DNA of 64,000 nucleotides from Desulfatiglandales bacterium. Lineage in GTDB: Bacteria > Desulfobacterota > DSM-4660 > Desulfatiglandales > HGW-15. This document shows, piece after piece, positions 51,123-60,652 of this stretch. Every line of letters begins with the position of its first letter. Position 1 is the first letter of the stretch. Below the pieces are notes generated by a model. It saw only the letters and a list, made by a program, of their open reading frames with translations, was not told the DNA's origin and did no database searches. Where the stretch lies: NCBI GenBank assembly GCA_963667015.2, contig CAXXJJ010000004.1, forward strand, positions 352,001 through 416,000, read 5' to 3'. The translations under genes and the position numbers were made by a program.

Positions 51123-52271
51123 TCAATAGGTCAAATGTTTAACGATGAGTTTTTCATCTATCTTTGTTTCAAGTAACAGTTTCAATATTTTTTCCGAGGA
51201 ATGCCCGTCACCATATGGATTATCGATATTCTCCAGTAAGAATTTTCTAAATTTTGCGGAGATTGCTTTTTCTATTGCTGAGACTATTTCTTCTTCCTTG
51301 AATCCTACATCAATAACATTATTTCCCCTGAATCTAAGATGCTGACGCCTGCCAATATTGACTGCAGGTATTCTGAAAGTAGGAGCCTCCAGCAATCCTG
51401 AGCTTGAATTACCGACAATACATAAACAGTTTTTTAGAAGGCAAAGGTAGTCTTCACGCTTCAAGTTGGCATAAATGTGAAATTCCCCCTGTCTGTAATG
51501 ATTAATTGCATATTTTATATCGTTTGAACCGGCATCGTTATTAGGCATAATTAATATCTTCGGGAACTCAAATCGGTTAAGTGAGCGTATAAAGATTTCT
51601 GCCTGCTCTCTGGCACGATTACTTTCTTCGGTCACCGGATGCATTACTGCGAGAATGTAGCCACTGCTTAATTTAACACAAAGCTTTTCTTCAATATTAC
51701 ATAATTCACTATATTGAGCACTAACCAGTTCATCAAGTTGAGGTGCACCTACATTGAATATGCGAAAAGGTTCTTCTCCTAATTGAAGCAGTCTGTTTTT
51801 AGCATCTTCATTAGACGCTAAATGCAGGTGTACAAATTTTCCTATAGCATGTCTGGCCATGCCGTCAATATTCCCGGACAACTCTCCTGCCTGGATATGT
51901 GCGACAGGAGTATATGTGTAGCCTGCTGCAATTGCCCCCATAAGCTGTTCTCCGCGGTCACCTGCCAGGACCAGCCAATCGGGCTTTTCATTCTCGATTA
52001 TGTCAGGAAGTGAGCTTAAACATATTCCAAGTGATTTTGCCATAGTGTAATGAGAGTCGCCATCAAGAGACATATGTAACCGATAATGAATTGTAAACCC
52101 ATCATTTTCGATTTCTTTATAAGATTCACCAAAAGATGATAATAAGTGCATGTTTGTGACTATCAGCCGATATTCTATATCATCACGTTGTTCGATAAGA
52201 TGCAGTATGGGACGTATGTATCCCCATTCACCTCTTGAACCTGTTAAAAAAAGTATCTTTTTCTTTCCCAT
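51123..52271 (-). CDS. neuC: Hydrolysing UDP/GDP-N-acetylhexosamine 2-epimerase (NeuC/LegG family)
   Basis: TGSRGEWG, GDRGE, HIQAGE, HPVT, GNSSSG..EAP, NIGRRQ, PYGDG. Confidence 0.9.
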   Translation of the reverse strand: MGKKKILFLTGSRGEWGYIRPILHLIEQRDDIEYRLIVTNMHLLSSFGESYKEIENDGFTIHYRLHMSLDGDSHYTMAKSLGICLSSLPDIIENEKPDWLVLAGDRGEQLMGAIAAGYTYTPVAHIQAGELSGNIDGMARHAIGKFVHLHLASNEDAKNRLLQLGEEPFRIFNVGAPQLDELVSAQYSELCNIEEKLCVKLSSGYILAVMHPVTEESNRAREQAEIFIRSLNRFEFPKILIMPNNDAGSNDIKYAINHYRQGEFHIYANLKREDYLCLLKNCLCIVGNSSSGLLEAPTFRIPAVNIGRRQHLRFRGNNVIDVGFKEEEIVSAIEKAISAKFRKFLLENIDNPYGDGHSSEKILKLLLETKIDEKLIVKHLTY

Positions 52272-52275
52272 GCTA

Positions 52276-53307
52276 CTACTCCAAATCTTCGTAACTGATC
52301 AGGGTATTTTTTTTTATTTTTCTTACGGCTTTACGCCCAATAATCTCGGGCATCTTATAGGATGGAATGCCTGTACCAGGGCGCTTTGACCAAACCATCT
52401 CCTCTGCAATGATATCACCAGGATGAATATCCTTTATGCTGACTATACTCCTGAAGGCCCACTGACGTATTGTTTCTTCTTTTGTGTGTACTTTTTTCTC
52501 GTTTCCCCCGGCAAGATACACCTTTCTTACTCCGTCAACAAGTTCATGAAGTTCGCTAAAGTCTATAGAAACCGATTGATCTGGGCCGGGAGTACGTTTA
52601 TCCAGTATTACATGCTTTTCGATGATTTTTGCACCGAATGCTACTGCAGCAAAACTTGTAAACAAATCGGGAGTGTGATCCGAGTGACCGATTACAACAT
52701 CAGGGTAACGACCGCCCATAATGGGAATTACTCCTAGATTTACATCTTCATAAACCGGTGGATATTCTGAAAGGCAATTTGTAAAAGCAAGTGGTCTGCC
52801 TGTTGCTTTTAAAGCTTCATAAGTACGGTCAATCTCATCAAGAGTACACATGCCGGTTGAAATTATCATCGGTTTACCAAATTCCGTCATTTTTAAAAGA
52901 GAAGGGATATCAGTCATCTCTCCCGAACCAATTTTTATTGCGTATAAAATGCCGGCGTCATTTAGTTCCCATGCTGCTTTATAGGAAAAAGGAGTACACA
53001 GATATGTTATTCCTATCTGGTCACAATATTTTTTAAGTTCAACATGCTGTTCAAGCTTTAAGGCGTGAAGCTTTAAAAACTCATATAGAGGTATATCAAA
53101 ATTACTTGACATAGGGACGTCAGGCAGCATTTCTTCATCAGGAAGGTGATGCTGAAATTTAATGCAGTCAGCGCCGGCAAGCTTTGCCTGCAGGGCCATT
53201 TCTTTAGCAACGTCAAGGTCTCCCATGTGATTGTCACATCCTTCGGCTATAACATATGGCAAATGTCCATCGCCAATCTTCCTGCCATTTATATTAATTT
53301 CACTCAC
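52276..53307 (-). CDS. neuB: Nonulosonic acid synthase (NeuB/LegI/PseI family) with SAF domain
   Basis: IAE..NHMGD, KFQ, TPFS, KIGSGE, STGM, GHSDHT, IEKH, GPD, KRPGTGI. True start is probably GTG 53307 after GGAGG, not 53475. Confidence 0.92.
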   Translation of the reverse strand: MSEININGRKIGDGHLPYVIAEGCDNHMGDLDVAKEMALQAKLAGADCIKFQHHLPDEEMLPDVPMSSNFDIPLYEFLKLHALKLEQHVELKKYCDQIGITYLCTPFSYKAAWELNDAGILYAIKIGSGEMTDIPSLLKMTEFGKPMIISTGMCTLDEIDRTYEALKATGRPLAFTNCLSEYPPVYEDVNLGVIPIMGGRYPDVVIGHSDHTPDLFTSFAAVAFGAKIIEKHVILDKRTPGPDQSVSIDFSELHELVDGVRKVYLAGGNEKKVHTKEETIRQWAFRSIVSIKDIHPGDIIAEEMVWSKRPGTGIPSYKMPEIIGRKAVRKIKKNTLISYEDLE

Positions 53308-55090
53308 GTTGCAATGCCTCCATGTATTTTTCAAAGTTTGAGTATTTATCATATTCATCTTTTGATAAAAATGGATACAGGTCATCAAAAGCTGGAGATA
53401 CAATTCGTCCATCCGGTAAAATTTTACTTTTGCTTTTTGGTTCGATCGACTGTGTCCTGTCAGAAATAATCTCACAAATACAGTAACCCGGTGTATTTAT
53501 AATCTCGGGAAGTTTTGTCTCAAGGTCAGCGTGGTTTTTACAAAGGTAATAAGGTATGTCGTATGCATATGCAATCCTGGAAAATTCAGGGAAACTTATC
53601 CCGCTTTCTTCTGTACAGCCAGTCAATCGACCGAAAAAATTTGTGTGTGTCTGAACTATGGCAAAGTATCCGCCATTAGAATGTATGAAGATTTTTACAG
53701 GTAATTTATTGTGAACTATAGTCTGCAGTTCCTGAATATTCATTTGTATACTGCCATCACCAGTAACACATACCACAGTGTTCTTTGCTGCTACGGCAGC
53801 ACCTATTGCCGCAGGCAAGTCGTAGCCCATTGTGCCGCAATTAGTGTTGCCCCATAACCTTTGACCTTCCTTGTCTATTCCGAATTGGCGGACACAGTCA
53901 CAAGCACAGCTGTTACCAACGACTGTTACACTATTTTTATCAAGATTTTTATTTAATTCATTTGAAAAATAGTATGGATTTACACTTTCCGACTGTTCAT
54001 ATTTATTTTTAAAAATAGGGAAGTCTTTTTTTAATCCGTGACAATATTCCAGCCAGTTGCTATCAACATTTTTGAAGACCACTTCTTTTTCTATAATAAT
54101 GTCCAGAAAATCACTGATATCGGTATTAACTTTATAGTCAATATTTATTGTAGGTTTCTTTAATTCTTCAGAGTCTACATCAACAACGATCTTTGTTGCC
54201 TTTGGGGCAAAAGTTGAATAATTGAAACCTGTCTGCTTAAAAGATAAACGACAACCCATAACAAGAAGACAATCTGAATTCTGAATTATAAAGTTTCCCG
54301 CTCTTCCCCCGATAACCCCAAAGTTTCCGCAATACAGTCTGTGATGTTTAGGGAACAGGTCTGAAATAGCGGTTGCAACAACTACCGGAACATTAAGCTT
54401 TTCAATAACTTTTCTGAATTTTGCATATACTTCTGCAGTACGTATGGCTGAACCTGCAAGAATAACAGGTCTTTTGGCTTTGCCAATCTCACCCTTTAAG
54501 TTATTAATATTAATTTCAGGCTGTTCAGGATTTGGCTTTGTGAAACATGCAAGTTCTTCAGGATCAATCTGGGCACCCTGAACATCAAGAGGAACGTCTA
54601 TCCAGCAGGGCCCCCTGCGTCCATGGGTAGCTTCATAAACAGCTTTTTCAATGTGATACCTGATTTCTGAAGCATCCTTAACAGTAACTGCATATTTTGT
54701 CATAGACTTTACAGTGTCTACTATGTAATGCTCCTGTTCCCCAAATTGTCTGAGGTTCAGTCCTGTACTCTCGACTGTAGTTTCATAGCGAACCTGACCG
54801 GATATTACCAGCATAGGAATATTGTCCTGCCATGCACATAGAAGTCCGGTTATAGCATTCGTGCCTCCCGGGCCTGTTGTTACACAAACTGCAGCTAATT
54901 CATTGTTAATGCGTGCATATCCTTCAGCAGCTATGGCTGAGGCCTGCTCATGATGATTATAGATGCATTCTAATTTGTCACAGTTACCAAATGCATCATT
55001 TAAGTGCATGGCGCCTCCTCCTACAACAGAGAATACTGTATTTATTCCATTGTCTATTAACAATTTGGCAATGTATTCGGCGACTTTCAT
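53300..55090 (-). CDS. Thiamine-diphosphate-dependent enzyme, YerE/acetolactate-synthase-like
   Basis: GGGAMHLND, HHEQ, TTGPGGTNA, ISGQ, MGYDLPAAIGA, GDGSIQMNIQEL...N.GY; lies in a sugar biosynthesis cluster. Confidence 0.9.
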   Translation of the reverse strand: MKVAEYIAKLLIDNGINTVFSVVGGGAMHLNDAFGNCDKLECIYNHHEQASAIAAEGYARINNELAAVCVTTGPGGTNAITGLLCAWQDNIPMLVISGQVRYETTVESTGLNLRQFGEQEHYIVDTVKSMTKYAVTVKDASEIRYHIEKAVYEATHGRRGPCWIDVPLDVQGAQIDPEELACFTKPNPEQPEININNLKGEIGKAKRPVILAGSAIRTAEVYAKFRKVIEKLNVPVVVATAISDLFPKHHRLYCGNFGVIGGRAGNFIIQNSDCLLVMGCRLSFKQTGFNYSTFAPKATKIVVDVDSEELKKPTINIDYKVNTDISDFLDIIIEKEVVFKNVDSNWLEYCHGLKKDFPIFKNKYEQSESVNPYYFSNELNKNLDKNSVTVVGNSCACDCVRQFGIDKEGQRLWGNTNCGTMGYDLPAAIGAAVAAKNTVVCVTGDGSIQMNIQELQTIVHNKLPVKIFIHSNGGYFAIVQTHTNFFGRLTGCTEESGISFPEFSRIAYAYDIPYYLCKNHADLETKLPEIINTPGYCICEIISDRTQSIEPKSKSKILPDGRIVSPAFDDLYPFLSKDEYDKYSNFEKYMEALQRE

Positions 55091-55941
55091 AGTTCATTTC
55101 CATTCGACTGCCAGGCAATCTGCATGGCAATACCATCTTTAATTGATATTTTAGGTATTACACCACTCTCTGTAAAAAAACGATTTCCATTCGAAGTATA
55201 TTCCAGGTTCAAACCCTCATGAAGGATTTTAACAGGCTGCCTGGAATTCATTTGTCGAAGTACTTCTCCTGCTATTTCAGACAGGAAACACGGTGAATTT
55301 CCGGATGCATTATACATATGGTATTTCATTTCATTATCAATCATCCATTCCATAATCCTGGCAAGGTCATATACATGAATATAGTCAAACCTGCATTCCT
55401 GGCGAATTGTGACAGGTTCTTCTTTTAAGCAGGAGTTTATACAGTGCGTTATGAATTTTGTATGATAATCATAGGGACCATAGCAGCCAAAAACACATAA
55501 ATTATAAATATTATTACTCGTGTGAGAAAGTTTGTTCATAATATATTTAGCAAGTCCGTATGATTCAGTGGGCATAGAACGGAAACACTCTTCCTCTTTT
55601 ACGGATTTGATATCCATAGTTTTATTGTACTCTGCACCCGACCCAACATATATCATTTTTCCATACAGGTTTCCTGCATCGCAGAAATTCATGAACATGC
55701 GAAGGCTGTCTTCAAACATGGTTTCGGATTTATCATATTCTGAGTTCTTGACCGGATTAGGGTTTGCACAATGAAGAATCACATCAAACTTATTATCTGA
55801 CAGGTATGAACGTACTTCTGTTTTATCAAACAAATTGAGAGTTTTTCTTGTGGGGGCATACATTTTATATTTTTTCCTTAAAACAGGCAGAATGTTCAGC
55901 CCCATAAAACCGCTTCCACCTGTAAATAGTATTTTTTTCAT
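55087..55941 (-). CDS. NAD-dependent epimerase/dehydratase/reductase (extended SDR)
   Basis: TGGSGFMG, GSGAEY, YGLAK, FDYIHVYD; 4-nt overlap with the ThDP gene. Confidence 0.9.
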   Translation of the reverse strand: MKKILFTGGSGFMGLNILPVLRKKYKMYAPTRKTLNLFDKTEVRSYLSDNKFDVILHCANPNPVKNSEYDKSETMFEDSLRMFMNFCDAGNLYGKMIYVGSGAEYNKTMDIKSVKEEECFRSMPTESYGLAKYIMNKLSHTSNNIYNLCVFGCYGPYDYHTKFITHCINSCLKEEPVTIRQECRFDYIHVYDLARIMEWMIDNEMKYHMYNASGNSPCFLSEIAGEVLRQMNSRQPVKILHEGLNLEYTSNGNRFFTESGVIPKISIKDGIAMQIAWQSNGNEL

Positions 55942-55949
55942 TTTATTAT

Positions 55950-57290
55950 TCAGAAGTTGTTTTCGCTTATGTATTCTCTGTCACACAGATAATAGGAATT
56001 ATTAGGCAATTCCTTTTCTTTAAATAAATTTTCTGCCTCAGTTTTGGCCACGAACGTTGTTACAAAAACTATTATGTTCTCATCTCTGGCTATTGTTTCA
56101 GGTTTTTTTGAAGCTATTCCATGAAAATTCACAGCTTGTTTTGCATCATAAATCTTAACAAGCTCTGAATTTGTGAAATTATCTGTCATATACTTATGAA
56201 TGGCTTCCGCATTATTATTAACCCCCCAAAATGCGTATCTTATCCTGTCGTTTTTGTTCCAGTATCTATTAATAAATTCAATTGCTCCATCATAATAATC
56301 TATTAAACCGACATTTTTCCATTTATCATAGTACAAGAGATCACAGAGTTTATCAGTTGCATTTTGAAATTCCTGAGAGCTTAACCTTAATGATTTTCTG
56401 TTAAGCAACACAGGATTACTTTTATCAATTTCATTAACTGCATCAAGCATTCTAGATTTTGCAATCTGCTTCATAAGTCTTTTTTGTGCTGAAAAATCCA
56501 CTGTCTCAGGATTCCAGTTTGCTGTTGAAATATTTTCCCTGGTATAAAAGTTTCCAATTCCTTTAAGCCAGCTGAATCTGTAAGTATATGCCTCGTTGAT
56601 AAGAATATAGGGGATATCATATGCTATAGCTAATGCTGCGCCATGGAATCTTGATGTAACTACAAGGCGGGCTTTCTCCCGATAAAGTGACATAATCATA
56701 TCAGCATATTCAGATGGGCTGACTCCTTCCGGCAATTCGTGAAGTGAGCGTTCCTGTTTTATGAACACTATGTCTTTTTTTATTGTTTCGGGGATATATT
56801 CACGGGCAAATAGAGGAACATCGGAAAAAAGGATTTTATCGGCTTTTTCATTGTGTTTATTATTTGAAAGAGTTGCGACGAGGCAGCCGAGTAAGAATGC
56901 CTTTATTCCATGCTTTTGCATTACATCCAGAGTATGTTCATCTCTACAGGCAACAGGTTCATTGGCTTTCAATGTTTGAATCTGTTTTTCAGAAAGCAAT
57001 GTTTCAGTCATTGATATTGCAAGAAATACTGGTTTGATTTTGGGAGACGCCTTAAAAATGGCATTATTCTCGTGAAATTTAGGTACATGTATGCAGATAG
57101 GAAGTATCACTTCCTCTCCGTCGTATTTTTCGACTTCACAGGTTTTGATCTCAACTATTTCATCTTCCGAAACACCCAGTTCTGAATAAAGGTTCATAAC
57201 AGAACGAGTCATATATATTGCGCCGACATTGGTTTCTCCGGAAGATACATTATTTTGTAAAGTATCTGAATTCAGTACGGCAAATTTCAT
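55950..57290 (-). CDS. Polysaccharide pyruvyl transferase-like protein (paralogue A)
   Basis: NVGA, CRDEHT, VVTSRFHG, plus a C-terminal Rossmann-like tail (YAFWGVNNNA). Confidence 0.75.
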   Translation of the reverse strand: MKFAVLNSDTLQNNVSSGETNVGAIYMTRSVMNLYSELGVSEDEIVEIKTCEVEKYDGEEVILPICIHVPKFHENNAIFKASPKIKPVFLAISMTETLLSEKQIQTLKANEPVACRDEHTLDVMQKHGIKAFLLGCLVATLSNNKHNEKADKILFSDVPLFAREYIPETIKKDIVFIKQERSLHELPEGVSPSEYADMIMSLYREKARLVVTSRFHGAALAIAYDIPYILINEAYTYRFSWLKGIGNFYTRENISTANWNPETVDFSAQKRLMKQIAKSRMLDAVNEIDKSNPVLLNRKSLRLSSQEFQNATDKLCDLLYYDKWKNVGLIDYYDGAIEFINRYWNKNDRIRYAFWGVNNNAEAIHKYMTDNFTNSELVKIYDAKQAVNFHGIASKKPETIARDENIIVFVTTFVAKTEAENLFKEKELPNNSYYLCDREYISENNF

Positions 57291-59191
57291 TTTGTCCCCT
57301 CAATTTCAATAATAGTATTGCAAAATTCTTTTGCATACTGCTCGTATGCTCTTGTATTTAAATGCCAGGGAAAGCACCCGTGTTTATGCAGTTCATCACA
57401 GTACATGAGATTATCGTCGTTTAAATTAACTATATTGCTGACTCCACACTTTTTAACAGCATAGTCGTAATACTCATTTAACATATCATTTATGTTTGAG
57501 ATCTCTTCCCTGTTTTCAAAATACTTCCAATCATTATTGCTTCCATATTTTTCGCAGAGAAGCATCCTGATAAGAATAATTTTTGTGCTGCTGAAATTCG
57601 AATTGAGAAATTCTAACAGTGATTTAAAGCTCTCTTTGAAATTGTTTATTGTTTTTTCTTTGTTGATTGCCTGCAGACTGAAGTGATTTAAAAAGTCACT
57701 GTCTTTTAATGCATCGCTTATTGTTATAATAGAATTATTGTATTCGGCGATTTTGAATCTCTCTTCAAGAAAATCAATCACTATATAATCAATGTCTTTG
57801 ATGTTGATGTCTTTAAAGTTTTTTTCAAAATCGCCATTCATCATTTGTGCTCTGAACGGATTTTTCGGCATACTTACAGATGATGGTATTTTGCATGCAG
57901 TTGACATTACGCTGGTAAGACTTGAATTGCTGTATTGGAAACTCAGAGTGCACATTGATGCATCCACAGCAGTGTTTAAAATCTCTCTGCTGTTATAACT
58001 TCCAAATAATCCGAAATTTAATGATAACTCAGGAACAGCTGCTAAATATCCGAGGTGCTTCCTTATCAGCGCTTCGGGAGTTTTTTGAGCCTCTGCAAAC
58101 TCAGTAAAAAAAGCATCTCTATTTCTATGCTTTGGTTCAGGTATAAATACAACGCGGTTTTGCTTTGCAATAGTCTCGACGTCAACTTTAAGCAACTGCA
58201 CATATTCCTCAATTTCTTTAAGAGCAAATTCACCTATTTCAGTATGAATTATTATAGCAGAGACACCTCCATCAACACAGAATTCCGGTATAAATGTATC
58301 CGCTCCCCAAAAATCGCCTATTGAGGCATCTGCTCCTGAAAAACATCTGTTAAGTTTGAATTTACAATTATAGCAGCTTGTTCTGGTAATTAACTCTTTG
58401 GCGAATGCTTTAACAAATGGGTCCTGTGCAAAAGGCGTGGCATATTCCGAACCATTTTCAAAGTCCATTTTAAAAACAGGATTTTTCCATCCGCATTTTA
58501 CTATACTCGTATTTGTGTCATCGTCTGAATTATTTCTATACTTATGCCTGAAATCGACTGATATCAGCTTACTTTTATACTCCAATTCTTTCTGCAATAT
58601 GTATTGTTCCCATACTCCGGGACTGGCTATAGCATGACAAAACAACTGGATACAAATTAGATTATCATACTTTTTTTTTAGATATGAAGTAAGACCAGCC
58701 ACCTGGCAGGGAGTTCCTGAAAATAATACATTTATCCCCCGGTCAAGCTGAATTTTAATATCCTGATATGTTTTCCCTGTATCACTCTGCAGGTATTTTG
58801 ATTTGCGAAGGCTTTGTAAATCTCTGATATTATCAACCCTAATATGTTTTACATTAAACCTGCTGTCATATGATGCCCCATACACAAGACCGTTATTTTG
58901 AATCACCTTATATGCCAGTGCGTAAAAAGCGCCTCCGGAAGCACTGTTGAAAATATCATCATGATCTTTCAGCTTTAATGCGTAAGCTGAAATAAAGTCA
59001 TATTTCTTTTCCTCTTTTTCTACCAGGACAGGGCAAACTTCCATACATTTACCGCATTCTACACAGGTATCTGTATCAACAAGAGGATAACTGAATCCAT
59101 CTGCCTTTTGCTGCATTTTTATGCTGTCATATTCGCATATATTTGCACATGATCCGCAGCCAGTGCAAAATTCAATCATATTATTTTTCAT
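57287..59191 (-). CDS. F420 hydrogenase/dehydrogenase beta-subunit-like Fe-S protein with an extra C-terminal domain
   Basis: CTGCGSCANIC and CVECGKCMEVCP; SASGG, SKYLQS, GTPCQV, CH, SCYNC.F, GDFWG; C-terminal IFGS-like...IDFLEER...WH domain. Start set at ATG 59191. Confidence 0.85.
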   Translation of the reverse strand: MKNNMIEFCTGCGSCANICEYDSIKMQQKADGFSYPLVDTDTCVECGKCMEVCPVLVEKEEKKYDFISAYALKLKDHDDIFNSASGGAFYALAYKVIQNNGLVYGASYDSRFNVKHIRVDNIRDLQSLRKSKYLQSDTGKTYQDIKIQLDRGINVLFSGTPCQVAGLTSYLKKKYDNLICIQLFCHAIASPGVWEQYILQKELEYKSKLISVDFRHKYRNNSDDDTNTSIVKCGWKNPVFKMDFENGSEYATPFAQDPFVKAFAKELITRTSCYNCKFKLNRCFSGADASIGDFWGADTFIPEFCVDGGVSAIIIHTEIGEFALKEIEEYVQLLKVDVETIAKQNRVVFIPEPKHRNRDAFFTEFAEAQKTPEALIRKHLGYLAAVPELSLNFGLFGSYNSREILNTAVDASMCTLSFQYSNSSLTSVMSTACKIPSSVSMPKNPFRAQMMNGDFEKNFKDINIKDIDYIVIDFLEERFKIAEYNNSIITISDALKDSDFLNHFSLQAINKEKTINNFKESFKSLLEFLNSNFSSTKIILIRMLLCEKYGSNNDWKYFENREEISNINDMLNEYYDYAVKKCGVSNIVNLNDDNLMYCDELHKHGCFPWHLNTRAYEQYAKEFCNTIIEIEGTK

Positions 59192-59205
59192 ATTGATTCT
59201 GATTT

Positions 59206-60441
59206 TCAAATGCCCTGTGTTCGCCAGTACCATACCTGATTCAAATCTTTTCCAATTTTGTCAAAATATGACTTAGCGTATTTAGCTGCTGCAGAGGCTG
59301 CAACAAAGAAAAACATATTGTCTGTCCCTTGTAATTCTTCAATTTTTTGTGTCTGCTTACCAAAAAAATCCATTTGTTTATAAGTATCAATGATAGCTTC
59401 CAATCTGGCATTTGGATATTCTTTTTCAATATACTCTATAATGAGAGAGGCGTGTTGACAGACTCCCCACAAGGCATATTTGTATTCTCCATATTTATCC
59501 CACGCTTTATTTATATAATCCTTAAACTCTTCCAGGACATCTAATGCATATCCTCTTTTTTTACGTTTCTCATATATTGAAGATAATTCTGTAATTTCAT
59601 CTTTATATGGCTTGCCGGCTAATCTATTTTTTGCTGCCTGAGCAATCAGTTTTTTTTGCTTCTCATATTTTACAGCCTTACAGTCCCAATTAATTTCATT
59701 ATACATATCAGGCGTATACACTGGCATTATATCTTCCAGCCAGGTGAATCTGTAGTTGAACCTCTTATGTATGAATATTACCGGAATTCCCATAGCCATG
59801 CAGGGTACAGCACAATGCAATCTTGAAGTGACAACCATAGAAGCATTTTCGCAATACTCTTTCAAAATTTCTCTGGCTAATGATATTGTATCAGTGTTAC
59901 TTTCTAAACCATAAAAGAGATGACTTTTTTTAATTGCATTATCTTTTATTTGTTCTGGAATATATGGTTCAAGGTTTTCGTATGTATCAATGAAGTATAT
60001 TTTATTCTGCTTCTTTACACCTTTATACGCAGAAAATGTTGCAGTGATGCAGCCGCTAAGGTACGCATCAATACCCAACACTTTGAGCCCGTTTGATGTA
60101 TGCTCATCCCTGCATCCAATAGGTTCAAATTGCTTCAGATAGTTAATGTCATCTTCTTTTAGGTTTGTGTTTAATAAGCTTAAGCCGAGAAATACAGGAT
60201 GGATTTTGGGCGAAAAACACGTAACGCATCCATTTGTTTCATTGTAGCCAAAGAACGGAAAACAGATCGGTAGTATTACTTCTTCTCCGTCGTATGTAGT
60301 TAAGTCATAAAAATCAATGTCTATAATATTCTCTTCAGCTATATCAATTTCTTGATAAATCTTCATTGTTGCTAAAATCTGAATATCATCACCAATATTA
60401 ACAACGCCTTTTCTGTTATATTTAATTATGCCGTATTTCAA
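59206..60441 (-). CDS. Polysaccharide pyruvyl transferase-like protein (paralogue B)
   Basis: NIGDDIQ, IGCRDEHT, VVTSRLHCAVPC.AMGIPV; C-terminal YALWGV tail. Confidence 0.82.
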   Translation of the reverse strand: MKYGIIKYNRKGVVNIGDDIQILATMKIYQEIDIAEENIIDIDFYDLTTYDGEEVILPICFPFFGYNETNGCVTCFSPKIHPVFLGLSLLNTNLKEDDINYLKQFEPIGCRDEHTSNGLKVLGIDAYLSGCITATFSAYKGVKKQNKIYFIDTYENLEPYIPEQIKDNAIKKSHLFYGLESNTDTISLAREILKEYCENASMVVTSRLHCAVPCMAMGIPVIFIHKRFNYRFTWLEDIMPVYTPDMYNEINWDCKAVKYEKQKKLIAQAAKNRLAGKPYKDEITELSSIYEKRKKRGYALDVLEEFKDYINKAWDKYGEYKYALWGVCQHASLIIEYIEKEYPNARLEAIIDTYKQMDFFGKQTQKIEELQGTDNMFFFVAASAAAKYAKSYFDKIGKDLNQVWYWRTQGI

Positions 60442-60652
60442 AATATTTGCTCCTTTTGTGATATTGAACCGGCTTGGTTTTATTAAAAGTGCACAAACTC
60501 AATGAATGTAATTGTTACAGGACATTTTCAACCTTTCGGGGAAAACCATTTGTTTTTATAAAGGGAATAATGTAGTTTCTATCGGAAATGCAAATTTGAA
60601 TATCTATTTATGGAATTAATACTCTCAAGCAGGATAACAGTTAGGGGCTCCT

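Noticed and set aside
53308..53475. N-terminal extension of NeuB in the ORF track
   Set aside because: It overlaps the ThDP gene by 176 nt. GTG 53307 has a GGAGG RBS and matches the family start.
53300..55090. Calling the ThDP enzyme ilvB because ilvD is in the window
   Set aside because: There is no regulatory small subunit, it is 35 kb from ilvD, and it is embedded among nucleotide-sugar genes.
57287..59191. FrhB-like gene as evidence of a hydrogenase or F420 energy metabolism
   Set aside because: There are no NiFe large/small subunit or maturation genes, and the context is glycan modification.
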